124,000 nt of DNA, from positions 20,001-144,000 of the forward strand of contig NW_008806277.1 of the NCBI RefSeq assembly GCF_000400465.1, read 5' to 3'. Below the pieces are notes generated by a model. It was not told the DNA's origin. It saw nothing but the letters and a program-made list of their open reading frames with translations, and searched no databases. The position numbers and the translations under genes are program-made. Source of the stretch: Wallemia ichthyophaga EXF-994. Lineage: Eukaryota; Fungi; Basidiomycota. Shown in pieces: positions 22,681-34,187 of the stretch (position 1 is the stretch's first letter; each line of letters begins with the position of its first letter).

Positions 22681-22904
22681 CTGGAGAGCGAATGTGGAAT
22701 GTGGATGGACACAGGAACACATAAGCGTGTGGATGGATATCAACACATGATTTTTCCGGTATTTTTCTTATCTTTTCTGATGACCACTTGCTTTCTTGGA
22801 TACCATTGAGTATGAGCACGAGTTTATCTATTTCTACTTTTATTTATACATTTCCAAACGCAATTCCGCATTCTTGTATAACAAATCAACTCATTCAAGT
22901 CATT

Positions 22905-24521
22905 CTAAAAAGTACCCAACTCCTCACTGACAATAAAGTCCGCCTCTGTGTTCCTTCTGACGTCGTCGAGGGTAGAATCTTCAGCGACATCAGTCAACAC
23001 CAATGTGCCACGCTCGTAGTCGACAGCAAACACCGCCAACTCGGTGATAATTTTCCATATGCATCGTGAGCCCGTGAGAGGGAGGCTGCATTGATTAAGC
23101 ACTTTACTGCGACCGTACTTATCGTTGTGTTCCATGAGCACCATGATGCGGGTATGTTTGGGGTTACTGACGAGATCCATAGCACCGCCCATACCTGTAG
23201 GTGGCTAGTCAGCGATAAAACGTCTCCGGCTAAGCACTAAGCGCTGCTTCAGGAACAACCTACCCTTCATCAGCTTGCCCGGTATCATATAGTTGGCGAG
23301 GTTGCCAGCGCAGTCGACCTGAAAAGCGCCCAGCATGCTCACGTCAATCCTTCCACTCCTGATCATGCCGAATGACTCATCACTCCCGAATGCCGCGGCA
23401 CCTTTACGCAGCGTCACTGTCTCCTTACTCGCGTTGATGGTGTCGGGGTCGACAGCGTCTGCGTGGGGATAGCCACCGATATTGAGCAGCCCGTTCTCTG
23501 CTTGAACAGTGACACCCGAGTGTGAAGGTATGTATTCGGGTACGCGGCCTGGTATCCCCACACCGAGGTTCACTACCTCCCCACTACCCACTTCGCGCGC
23601 TGCTCGACGCGCTATCCTGTCCTTGAGTGTGAGAGTGGGGACTTTCGTAGCCGCAGTCTCGCTCGCACCCCCGTCCTCACTCTTACCAGCCTCGCTCACG
23701 CGCAACACCTCAATCTCGGCAGAGGTCGTCGCAGGGCACACCCTATCCACATAGACACCGGGGACGTGTACGTGGTTAGGGTGAATGGCGCCAACATCTA
23801 CGATTTCCTCCGCTTCGACGATGGTGAGAGGGGCGGCCTTTGCCATGACGCTGTTAAAGTTGTTAGCCGAGCTATTAAAGACGAGGTTGCCAGCGTGATC
23901 AGCGATTCGAGCGCGTACGATGGCAACATCGGCGTGTAGGGCGTGTTCAAGGAGGTAGTTGCGACCGCCGAACGAGCGCGTCTCACGGGGAGGCTGGTGA
24001 GCAAGAGCGTTGCCTGCGTCGTCATACGCACTCACCAGCCCGCCCACCTCCACAGCCGTGCCTGCGCCAGTGGGAGTGTAGAATGCAGGCACGCCGCGCG
24101 CGGCTGCACTCACCCGCTCTGCTATGCTGCCTTGGGGCGTGAGCTCGACGGTGATCTGCCCGCGTCTGTACCCCTCTTCCAAGGTGCGGTTGTTGCCGAG
24201 ATAGCTGCAGATCAGTCTCGTCACTTTACCCGGCGTGCTGAGGAGCCGGGCCAGCCCCTTCTCCCCCACACCGGGATTGTTGGATATGGCGGTGAGGCTG
24301 TGCAGGTCTGTGCGGCGTTGTATAGCGTCGATCAACGTGCTTGGGATGCCACACAGCCCAAACCCCCCGCTGTACAGCCTCGTTCGCGATCGGAGGTCCG
24401 CGATCGCCGCACTGGCATCGCTGTACACCTTGCGTGGCTGCTGCGTGGTGTAAAGTCGCACGCTAGTTCGCACCCTTAAGCCCACGCGCACGCTAGTGTT
24501 GATAGCAGCTCGCGACGTCAT
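22905..24521 (-). CDS. OXCT1: Succinyl-CoA:3-ketoacid CoA transferase, mitochondrial
   Basis: GGFGLCGIP, ELTPQGSIAER, VNLGVGIP, AENGLL, GGAMDLV. Confidence 0.95.
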
Positions 24522-24576
24522 CGATGATGGTGGTTGATAAGCAAGAGAAATAAAAATAAGATATAATACACTATCG

Positions 24577-25389
24577 CTAGCTTGCTCCGGCTGCCAGACT
24601 CGCCGACCAGCGCTTGCGCTGCCAGTTGAGCAGCACGGGGACGAGTTCAGCGATGCCGATATCCGGCCAGAACGCATCGACGACTTGCACGTGGGTGTTG
24701 TGGAGGGAAGCCTGGAACATGAGGAAGTCGCTGAAGCGGTTGACGGCAGAGGAGCGAACGAGGATGTCTAGTGGGGGAGAGTGGTGCGTCATGAGGTGGG
24801 CGTCGAAAGCGCGTCTGTCCCCGCCACTGTGGAGCATTGCGGTGGACATCTCGTCTCTGCTCGTGTACGGCATGCATATGTTGAGCGTAGCCCCGTCGTT
24901 GTGCTGCGTGCGCGTCTCGATCTCCACCAGCTTGGCGCGCACGTCGGCGCGCAGGAGGTGGGTCGCGCCCAGCACGGCTATACGTACATTATGCTGCTGC
25001 ACGATATCACCGTGCTGCGCGATCTCGGCGAGCTTTTCACTCGCGAGCCCCATCAAGTATTCCACCTCGTCATCCCCCCGGTTGAAATTCTCGATGGAGA
25101 AAGCGTATACGGAGACAGTGCGTACGTGGAGACGCAGGCAGAATTCAAGCACGCGCCGTAGCCCCAGGAAGCCACCCTCGTGGCCACTCTTTATCGCTAG
25201 GTTGTGCTGCCGGGCGAATCGCCGGTTGCCATCCATAATGAAACCTATGTGGGATGGTACACCGCCGAGCTTGAGCACAGAGATTAGCAGCTGGGATCGC
25301 CAGTCGCTGAATTGCTGCTTGGAGGTGTACGTGCTGAGCGTGGCGCGTGGAATCACGTCGGGCTGGAGTGCTGGATACGGGGATGACAT
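24577..25389 (-). CDS. RER2: cis-prenyltransferase (dehydrodolichyl diphosphate synthase)
   Basis: HIGFIMDGNRRFA, YAFSIENFNR, LDILVRSS, RFSDFLMFQ. Confidence 0.95.
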   Translation of the reverse strand: MSSPYPALQPDVIPRATLSTYTSKQQFSDWRSQLLISVLKLGGVPSHIGFIMDGNRRFARQHNLAIKSGHEGGFLGLRRVLEFCLRLHVRTVSVYAFSIENFNRGDDEVEYLMGLASEKLAEIAQHGDIVQQHNVRIAVLGATHLLRADVRAKLVEIETRTQHNDGATLNICMPYTSRDEMSTAMLHSGGDRRAFDAHLMTHHSPPLDILVRSSAVNRFSDFLMFQASLHNTHVQVVDAFWPDIGIAELVPVLLNWQRKRWSASLAAGAS

Positions 25390-25407
25390 GGTTGATGGGC
25401 TGCAACC

Positions 25408-25929
25408 ATGTTGGATGAGCTGGATGGCGACCACGTCGATAGCATCGAGGAGCTCTTTGATGAGGGTTTTATAGCGTCGTTGGGGAGCGCAGGCAGTGGC
25501 AGTGGCAGCACCAACATCAACACCAATATACACACCTGCACCACCTGCTTCAAATCATTTCCCTCCCAATGGAACCTCGACAGACACGCTACTATTCACT
25601 CCCCCGACAAAGACTTCAAGTGTGCTTTGTGTGGTAAAATTTTCGCATTGAAAGACAAATACCAGCAACACCTGCGGAGGCATAGGGGTGATGTCACAAA
25701 GCACACTTGTCCAGAATGCGGGAAAGAGTACACGGACAAATCCAGCCTCAAGCATCACCTAGCAACGCACAACACACCCAGACAGCGCTACAAATGTCCA
25801 ATATGCAATCTATCCTACACGAAACCACGAACGACCAAGATGCACATACTACGAGAACATCTAGAGGGGAGGGAGGGGGTGAATGTGAATGAAATACCAC
25901 TGGATGAGGGTGTTTACGCCTTTTTCTAG
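25408..25929 (+). CDS. C2H2 zinc-finger protein (4 fingers)
   Basis: Four CxxC...HxxxH repeats. Confidence 0.88.
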   Translation: MLDELDGDHVDSIEELFDEGFIASLGSAGSGSGSTNINTNIHTCTTCFKSFPSQWNLDRHATIHSPDKDFKCALCGKIFALKDKYQQHLRRHRGDVTKHTCPECGKEYTDKSSLKHHLATHNTPRQRYKCPICNLSYTKPRTTKMHILREHLEGREGVNVNEIPLDEGVYAFF

Positions 25930-25934
25930 ACGGC

Positions 25935-26465
25935 TTAATCGAATACAGTGTCCTCGGGTGCACAGCGGTGTAGATGGCCATCACTCCTCACCGTCACGCC
26001 ATCGACATCGCGCGGTAGAGACTTGCGCATGTCGTATGCATCTTCGTGGTCGCCGTAGTAGCCAACGACGCGCCTGAAGACGGAGTAGCCGAGTTTTGTA
26101 TACATATGGATGGCATTGGAGTTGGTGAGGCGTACGAAGAGGTCGACAAAGTAGGTGGGCGAGAGCGTAGCAGAGAGGTGCTCGCATGCTTTCATAAGCT
26201 CGCTGGCGAGACCAATCTTGCGATGAGTGGGGGATATAGAGAGAGCGGTAACGTGGCCGTGGTGGTCCAAGCCCCGCCCTTCAATTTTACCGAACAAATA
26301 ACCCATCAAGGAGGAATCAGGGTGCGTGAGGCTGATGCAGATATCAGGCCAATTGATGAGGTATTGCTGGTAGAACGAGATGGAATACGTCTCTGTCCAG
26401 TAATCGAGGTTTATTTTATTGAAATTCAGAATATCCGTCGATTTAAAGCTCTTTATCGTCGTCAT
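25935..26465 (-). CDS. NAT3: NatB N-terminal acetyltransferase catalytic subunit
   Basis: MTTIKSF...NLDYWTETY, HGHVTALSI, FVDLFVR, YSVFRRVVGYY, EDAYDMRK. Confidence 0.95.
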   Translation of the reverse strand: MTTIKSFKSTDILNFNKINLDYWTETYSISFYQQYLINWPDICISLTHPDSSLMGYLFGKIEGRGLDHHGHVTALSISPTHRKIGLASELMKACEHLSATLSPTYFVDLFVRLTNSNAIHMYTKLGYSVFRRVVGYYGDHEDAYDMRKSLPRDVDGVTVRSDGHLHRCAPEDTVFD

Positions 26466-26467
26466 TG

Positions 26468-27250
26468 ATGAAGGCAGAAGAGCGGAGCGTGGTTGAGGCG
26501 TTGGGCGAGTTGGGAGTACACAGGAGAGAGTGTGTGAGGGAGAATGATGAAAATATCCCCACAGACACACTCCACGCGGATTTGATGAGCAATCTCAGGC
26601 TGATTTCAGTGCATTTGAACAAACTTGTAATCTCAACAAAGAAGCCAGTGAATTGGAGTTTATTGAACCAGCTAATCCCAGACTTGAATGGATATCTGAA
26701 TAATCTAGTTTTTATTCTGAAATCCACAAAGTCTCACTTGCTCAAGAAGAATTGGCTGGGTATCTTCAACGACATCCTCGATAACATCCATGGATTACTG
26801 TCCAGCGTTATAGAATACAGCTACAGTGATATCATGAATCACGCTGAAATCATTCATCAAATATCCCTCTCCAATCTCCCTTGTTCTGAACTACAGGCTT
26901 TGAAGACGTCCCTTTACTCCCTCCTAGACATATTCAAGGACACGCAAAACGAGATCAGCGATTTAGACCTCGTTGAAAGCGACTTGTCGGACAAAGGTCA
27001 GAAAATTCTCAAAATTTCTCACTCACTTCCCAATAAATTCGAGCAATTGATAGACTCAATAAAAGATACAGACAATCTCCATCAAATACACACTAAATCC
27101 ACCCAGTTGTCAGATATCTGGGATGACGTAGTGTACAACCTCGATGACGATCATTCGGATGACTTTAACCAGTCAGCTGATAACTTGATGCGGGTGTACA
27201 ACGACATATTTAGCAGCGTGCAAGTTGACCTATCCAAGTTGAAGATATGA
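26468..27250 (+). CDS. GCIP/CCNDBP1-like helical protein
   Basis: All-helical 260-aa ORF; LHADLMSNLRLISVHLNKL and LSDIWDDVVYNL resemble fungal GCIP family (recalled similarity). Confidence 0.55.
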   Translation: MKAEERSVVEALGELGVHRRECVRENDENIPTDTLHADLMSNLRLISVHLNKLVISTKKPVNWSLLNQLIPDLNGYLNNLVFILKSTKSHLLKKNWLGIFNDILDNIHGLLSSVIEYSYSDIMNHAEIIHQISLSNLPCSELQALKTSLYSLLDIFKDTQNEISDLDLVESDLSDKGQKILKISHSLPNKFEQLIDSIKDTDNLHQIHTKSTQLSDIWDDVVYNLDDDHSDDFNQSADNLMRVYNDIFSSVQVDLSKLKI

Positions 27251-27314
27251 GGACTGCGACATGTAATAACCTGATTTTCCCACGTCGTACATAAATCACA
27301 TCTGACCTCAGCAC

Positions 27315-27716
27315 ATGATTTCCATTAGAAGAACAACGATGAGCCCAATAACACACGCGCTTAGAAAAGCCACAGTGGCTGCACCGCTTGCACGACCAGC
27401 CACAGCCACAGCCACAACTACTGCCAGACAAATACACCGCACAGCACCCCTCTTGAAAGCCCTAGACAACAAAGCAACGTCGTCATGGCCAGAAGGCAGC
27501 TCATCACGTCCACACACCGAGTACAAGCCAGTTGAAGGTCGTGAAGGCAAGACGGCCAGACTGATATTCCGCATAAAGCCATCAGATATCCCGATGGAAC
27601 TGCTGCCTCTGTTTGCGGCTGTTGGCTTCGCTGTCGTTGGCGCATCGGCGTACGGCGTTTATGCGCTCTGGAATGACAAGACACTGCGTGTGCACAGACA
27701 CGGCGAGCGTAAGTAG
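27315..27716 (+). CDS. Mitochondrial NDUFA4/B12D-like small membrane protein
   Basis: Presequence-like N-terminus; IPMELLPLFAAVGFAVVGASAYGVYALWNDKTLR. Confidence 0.7.
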   Translation: MISIRRTTMSPITHALRKATVAAPLARPATATATTTARQIHRTAPLLKALDNKATSSWPEGSSSRPHTEYKPVEGREGKTARLIFRIKPSDIPMELLPLFAAVGFAVVGASAYGVYALWNDKTLRVHRHGERK

Positions 27717-27797
27717 GAGTTGGCGAGGATGACGATTGTAACGCTTCTGTAACGACATGACGAAATGAATATGTATTTCTGTTTCCTTTCAACTCCT

Positions 27798-28145
27798 TTA
27801 CTCCCGCTTGGATTCTCCTACCGCTTGCGTCTTCTCGCCCTGCGCTTTTATCCCGTAATCCGCCGTGAATCGCCAATGAACAGCGTTGGTGAGCCCAACA
27901 TCGCCGCGAACAACGCCAAGCATCTTGAGAACGCCCTTGAATAACACCAGTGTGAGATAACATCCAGATAGCTCTAGCACCCAATGCAGCGCTCTGTGCT
28001 CAAGCAGTACGTGTGCTTGGAAATACTGCAGATAGCAATTCACGCCTACTATAACGAGGTATATCGGCAGACTGCGCCGCATCACCATCTTGTCTTTGTC
28101 CGACAGCCTCCTCAGGTGTCTCTCTACGCTGTTTGGTGTGCTCAT
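27798..28145 (-). CDS. Hypothetical small membrane protein
   Basis: 115-aa ATG ORF with two hydrophobic segments filling the gap between genes. Confidence 0.5.
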   Translation of the reverse strand: MSTPNSVERHLRRLSDKDKMVMRRSLPIYLVIVGVNCYLQYFQAHVLLEHRALHWVLELSGCYLTLVLFKGVLKMLGVVRGDVGLTNAVHWRFTADYGIKAQGEKTQAVGESKRE

Positions 28146-28258
28146 TTGGAAGCCCGGGTTTAGGAAGCCACATCCCGAGTGGATCTTTCAGACGTAAAAA
28201 AAAAGAGTCATCTTATTCAATTTCATTCGCATTGTAGTGTTTACATGTTTTGTTGACG

Positions 28259-30907
28259 TCACTCTCCCTCACCCACGCCGTATCTCAAACAAGGTCCAGC
28301 GATGTTGACATTGTGGAACGCAGGGACTTGCGACTTTTTCCTGTGTATATGTTCCAATGTGCGTTTGAAGTGACTGACTACGTTGTGCACGGTGAGGTTA
28401 ACGTCAACGGTGGATGGTGCTTTCAATTCGACGCTGATAGGGTGGTTATCAACCGCGTCTACTTGGTCTATCTTGGTAGAAATGCACTCTACCACACCAT
28501 TAGCCGCATTACTAAGATTTGCAACGCTCTCCACGCCCGCCCCATCCTCGAGATACATGAGGTATGTGTCAAGGATATCCACATAAACTTGTGCGCTAGT
28601 GAGTGGATCGATGAGGTGGGATGCAATGTCGGCTGCTCTACCCAACACGCGTCCCAACTTATCTTCCTCATGGGTATATACACCGGAAGCCACCATGAGC
28701 GACTCGGCCTGGTGCGACTTCTTCACCATCTTCGCTGCGAGGTTGATCAATTTATCTGCGAGCGTCGCGTAGTCGTGTGCGTTCACCTCCAGCCTTTGCA
28801 GCGCCCGCGTCGCTTCTGCCACCAATCGCATCTGGTATTTGGAGCTGACGACCTGCTCCTCGACCAGCAGCAGTGCCTCGCTGAACAGCTCGTACGCCAC
28901 CGCACCCATCTCCTTCTCCTTCTCCTTCTCGGCTGTCGACGCCGCCGCGGCCGCGCGGATGAAAAGGCGTGCGCAGTCCTCGGGTGTATCTGCCAAGACG
29001 TGTAGGTGGAAAATAGACTGGTGGATGAAAGCAAACAGTGCATCGTGCGCATACGACCTGCTTAGCTGTATAGCGCGAGTGACGAGGGTGGGGAAAGTGA
29101 ACACGATGCGTCGCCCGCCCCTGCCCAGTTTCTCGCCCGTCTTTCTGAGCAGCGCGAATTGTGTAGGAGGGTCATCTGAGTGGAAGAGGTGGATGAGGCG
29201 CGCGAGTGAGCCTTGCTCGCTGGCCAGCTCCATATCCGATTCTGAATCTGTATCTGTTGCGTCGTGGGGCGCATCGCTGATAAGCACCGCGCATAGGTCG
29301 AGCAGGTCACCCACATCCTGCTCGTCGGACACGATTGTGTGGCTGTCGAGTAGCGCGCGGCAAATGTCCTGCGCGACACTCTTGCGTGAGTGGTATGGCT
29401 GCATGCGCAATAGCGGCGCGTAAGACGTCAAAGCGAGCAACGTCAACATACTCTTGTAACTCCCAATCGGCGCGCGCAGCAGCGCAAGCACATTCGTAAC
29501 CGTCGCAGGTGAGTGCTGTGGCACCTCATCTAGCTTCGCCTGCGTGAACGAGAGCACTTGGTCGACATATTCCAATCTGTCCGGGTAGCAGTTGAGCGAG
29601 AGAACAAGCAACGAGCCCAATAACGCAGTTATATCCTGCATAGATAGATCTGGACGTGTGTCTATCAGCCTCACTATCTGCTCCCAGAACATCTCGAATA
29701 GCTTAACAGAGTGTGGGATTCCGCGGTATTTCTCCACTTCTTCTTCTCGTCCTTTACCTTTACCTGAGGTCTTTTCTGAGGTGGCACTGCCATTCTTTTC
29801 ACCTTCACGCTTCGCCCTCACTTTTTCCTGCAACCGCTTCTCAATCTCGACATCCTGTTGCTTGAGATCTTCGGGCGACTGCTGCTCAGCCTCTCGCCTC
29901 GCATACTGTGAGAGGCGGTCAATGAGGGATATGACAATCTGCTTGATGTTGACGCGAGTATTGAGCTGCGACGCGGCTGTGAGAAAAGGCGTGAGAGTGT
30001 TGAGTTGAAATTCATCCGGGAACACTTGTATAACGACCTCCATGAGATACTCCTGCGCAATAACGTCACGACAGTTTACGACCTGCTCGAGTATGTTGGG
30101 GAGTATGACAGACTGATATGTGTGCAAGTCAAGTTCCTCGAGCTGCGAGAGACGCACGAGGTTGGTGCCGACAAGAATACGCAGCTCCTTCCTCTCCAAT
30201 TCCCTCCTTTCCCTGTCCCTCGAGTGGCCCTGGTGTTGCAGTCTAACCCAGAGTTTGTTCATCTCGATAAAGTTGGAAAGAATAAAAGCGATGCTGTCGT
30301 TGAGTGTCCCCTGGCTCTTATCGGTGGAGTTCAGAGTCACTGGTAGATAATCCCTCGTCTGGCCCGACAGGTAGTGTCTAAGGAACAGGCCGCGGATCGG
30401 ATGCTGTACCCCGCGAGACATTTCCATGATATCTTTGATTATCTCTCGGACGGGCGCGTCTGGAACAGACATGTACACTGAAGCCACAGTTATCATCAGG
30501 TAGAGTCTGGGGATGATGTTTGAAGCGTATTGCACCAACTCGTATAGATCAGCGAGGTGGTGCTTCGACGACATGTGTGCGTCGTATAAGTAGGTAGACA
30601 GAAAGCGGAGACTGTCGAATATTGACATGTACAGCTCGTAATAAGCTTTGGGGCCTAGAGAAGACGTTCGCAGCTCGGATAACATGGCAGAGGCAGATTT
30701 GAAAGCATCAATGAGCTCATCGCTGTCGAGGCATTTCTTCATTTGTATTTGGTGAGTCTGAGGTGTTGGCGTGGTGTTAGCCGTGAGCTCAGTGATGCGT
30801 GTCAGTTGACTCACTTTAACGGCACTCAAAGCCTCGATTAGTAGCTGCGTAGGGGATCAGCGTGGTCCCCGCGTGCTGTGTATATCTCCCACTTTGGGCT
30901 CATCCAT
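28259..30907 (-). CDS. VPS35: Retromer subunit Vps35
   Basis: LSELRTSSLGPKAYYELYM, DLYELVQYASNIIPRLYLMITV, RGVQHPIRGLFLR; short 5' exons. Confidence 0.98.
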
Positions 30908-31323
30908 TTGATAGATGATGGTTGTTTGATAAAGAGAAGCAACGGCAGTGGATGTCGAAACGATAACTGACAGCAACAGCAGCAGCAGTGGCCCATTCAC
31001 TCTGCCCATCACACGTCTCCCCCCACTCCAAATCCGGTCACCCCGCTATAACCACCGTTAAGGAAAAAACGCGTAGATATTGCAAGATAAGGGTATGTAA
31101 TTAGTCAGCTGGATTCCCTGATTGCAGCAATACCAACCATCTCTTACATCTCAACTTTCCAAATATAGAAGTCAGAGTATTTTATGCACTGCCCGCGATT
31201 TCACATTTTGAACCAGAACACTCATCAAGTAAATTACAAAGGCGTTGCGTTGAGTTGACAACACGTGCCATAACATATAAAGCAGACACAACACAAAACA
31301 CATCGCACAAAGCACACAGCACA

Positions 31324-34065
31324 ATGTCCACTCCTTATTACCAAAGTGCTTATCAAGACAGCACGCCTGGACTAAACAACGCTCCTTACAGTGATGACCC
31401 AATGAGCAATGAGGGTTTCAAGTACGCTGGTGGTGGCGCTGCTTTCGGTGGCGCACAGGTCGCAGCACCAAAACCCTGGTACAAGAAGAAGAAATTCCTT
31501 GTGAGTTACGTTGATTTGGCGTTGATGGCTGGGGCTGGGGCTGTCGACGTGGCTGCGTTGATTCCATTTTTTATTTTAATATTCAATCCGCCAATGATTC
31601 TGGATTCCGACCCTGTTGGTTCCTTATCTTAATTTAAAAATAACAGCCACCGTCATCACCGTCATTATCCAATAGCCACAACATCCACTAACACATGAAA
31701 AATCAGATTGGTATCCCTGCAGTCATCGCTGCTATCATCATAGCCTGTGTCGTTGGCGGTGTCGTCGGCTCTCGCAACGACGATGACAATAGCAACTCAA
31801 ACGCCAACAACGCAGCTCAACCTTCCCCTTCAGACGCTGCTCAATCTAAATTATCAAGCGGCAGATTCTCAACAGACACCAATGATGCTGGTGTTCCTAT
31901 CTACGGTAACAATGGTGTAAGCACTGCACAGCCTCTTTTCGTGCAAATTTTGACATATCTCAGACAAACTCAAAGCTTTTCCAAGCTCCTACCTTCCTCA
32001 GTGATCAAGATGACGAACTCAATCTTCCAACTTGCGACGAAAGCCCTCCTTCTTTCGACGGCGATGGTATTCAAGTCACCACTGACAGACCTCGTATTGG
32101 TGGTGTTGCTGGTCGCTGGGAATGCCTTAAAGACATGATCGACGCCGATGCATACATGAGCTATTGGAATCAGTCTATTTTCGATGAAGCTCAGCACTTC
32201 CTTGACACTCCAGCCCCAGCTTGGATCCCAGATGGTGGTTTAACTGGTTCTGGTGTACTCGACCAAGCTCGTGAATGTCAAATGGCTGTCAAGTCCTTGT
32301 CTTACGCGTATCGTATGACCAAAGACGATAAGTACAAGGATGGTGTTTGGGACCGTCTTCAAGTTATTGGTGGTGTCAAAGAAACTCCAGCAGGTACCGA
32401 TGAAGATTCCAAAACATACGGTTCTGGAACTGAAGGTGAAACCAACAACTGGAATCCAAAGCACTTCCTTGATACGGCTGAATTCATGAACTCTTTCGCC
32501 ATTGGTTACGATTGGCTCTACGACTCATGGTCCCAAGATGAGAAGGATTGGATCCGTGACACTCTCGTCACCTACGGTCTCAACCACTCTCAAGCTGAAA
32601 ACAACTACTGGTGGAGAAGTGAATCGGGTAACTGGAACTGTGTCTGTAACGGTGGTATGATTAACTCTGCTCTCTCCATCTGGGAAGATGACACTTCTGG
32701 TCTCGCTGAGCAGATACTCAACGAAGCTCTTGAAAACGCAAAGTCGAACTGTGTTTATGGTGCTCGCGAAGACGGTACATGGACCGAAACTTCCGACTAC
32801 TGGTACTTTGGTACCACTGGTTGGTCATTAGCCACATCCTCATTGATCGCTTCAACCGGTAATGAACAAGGAATGCTCACCACCAATCCAAACTTTTACA
32901 AGACTGCTGATTTCCATATGTACAACTTTGGTAACCAAGCTAAATTCGACTACGGTGACACTGGTCCAAACAAGTACACCGCCACCGCCAACGCTTTGGT
33001 CTTACTCGGTAGAGAAACTAAAACACCTGAATACATGCTCTACCAACGTGATCGCGCTGACGCTACTGACGCTTTCAACATGTTATGGTACGACCCTCAT
33101 GTAGCAGGTGCATGGTGGAACAACATGCCATTGGACAGATACTTTGACGACTCCCACACTCAATGGGCTTCATTCCGTTCTTCATGGACCGACAACAAGG
33201 GTCTTTTCGCAGCAATTAAAGCGGGTAACACGAGTGGTCACCAAACACACGGTGATCTTGATGTCGGTGACTTTGTCATTGATGCTCTCGGTCAGCGCTG
33301 GGCTGGTGAATTGGGTGCAGCCAACTACCTCGGTGAAAACTACTTCAACTCTGAAGCCCAAGATGCAGAGAGATGGCAATGGTACAGAAAGGGCACTGAA
33401 GGTCAAAATGTTTTGTTGTACAACAACACAAACTCAAACGCAGGTGTTGCTTCAGATGCTGCTTTCGGCACTTCAAACACTACTCAAGGTGCAACAATGG
33501 ATATTGACATTGATGATGACTCGACTGGTTTCTACACATCCGATATCACCAGCTCCTACTACGGTAACTCAGTCAAGCGTGGTTTAAGACTCCTTAACAA
33601 GCGTCGTCAAATCTTGCTTCAAGATGACATTGACACAGACGCGCAAATGCAATGGAGAATTCAAACTAACGCTACTATCTCGCTTAACGGTCAATCAGCT
33701 GATTTAGAATTGAATGGTGAAAAGATGACAGTCAGAATCACTAATCCTTCCTATACCGACCTTGAATTCGGCCAAGAGAAAGCTGAGCCAGATTCTTCAG
33801 ATGAACTTCCCGAAAACGGTGAAGGTGAAAATGCTGCTATTCCAAACGTCGACTCGCACGGTAATGAGACTAACGTAGGTGTTGATGTCTTATAATCTTC
33901 TTATCATTAACATCATCTCAGGTCCTTACTATCGATATCCCTGCCGGTTCTTACAGCTTACAAATCTCGTTCGAACCACAATGGGACGGCATGTCATCGG
34001 ATGACTTCCAAACCCCAAAGAATGTTGCTATCGACGATTGGTCGTTGAGGTCTCACGATGCATAA
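31324..34065 (+). CDS. Membrane-anchored heparinase II/III / alginate-lyase-like polysaccharide lyase
   Basis: N-terminal TM, WNPKHFLDTAE, NWNCVCNGG, HGDLDVGDFVIDALGQRWAGELG, YRKGTEGQN. Confidence 0.85.
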
Positions 34066-34187
34066 CCGGCGTCTCTTTTTCAATTCTGCAATATACACAC
34101 TCTCGTTTTATAACATTTTGATTATATCAATTTCAATCTTGTGAATAGAAGATTTCGAACAATGACAATGATACATTTCTTCGACGT

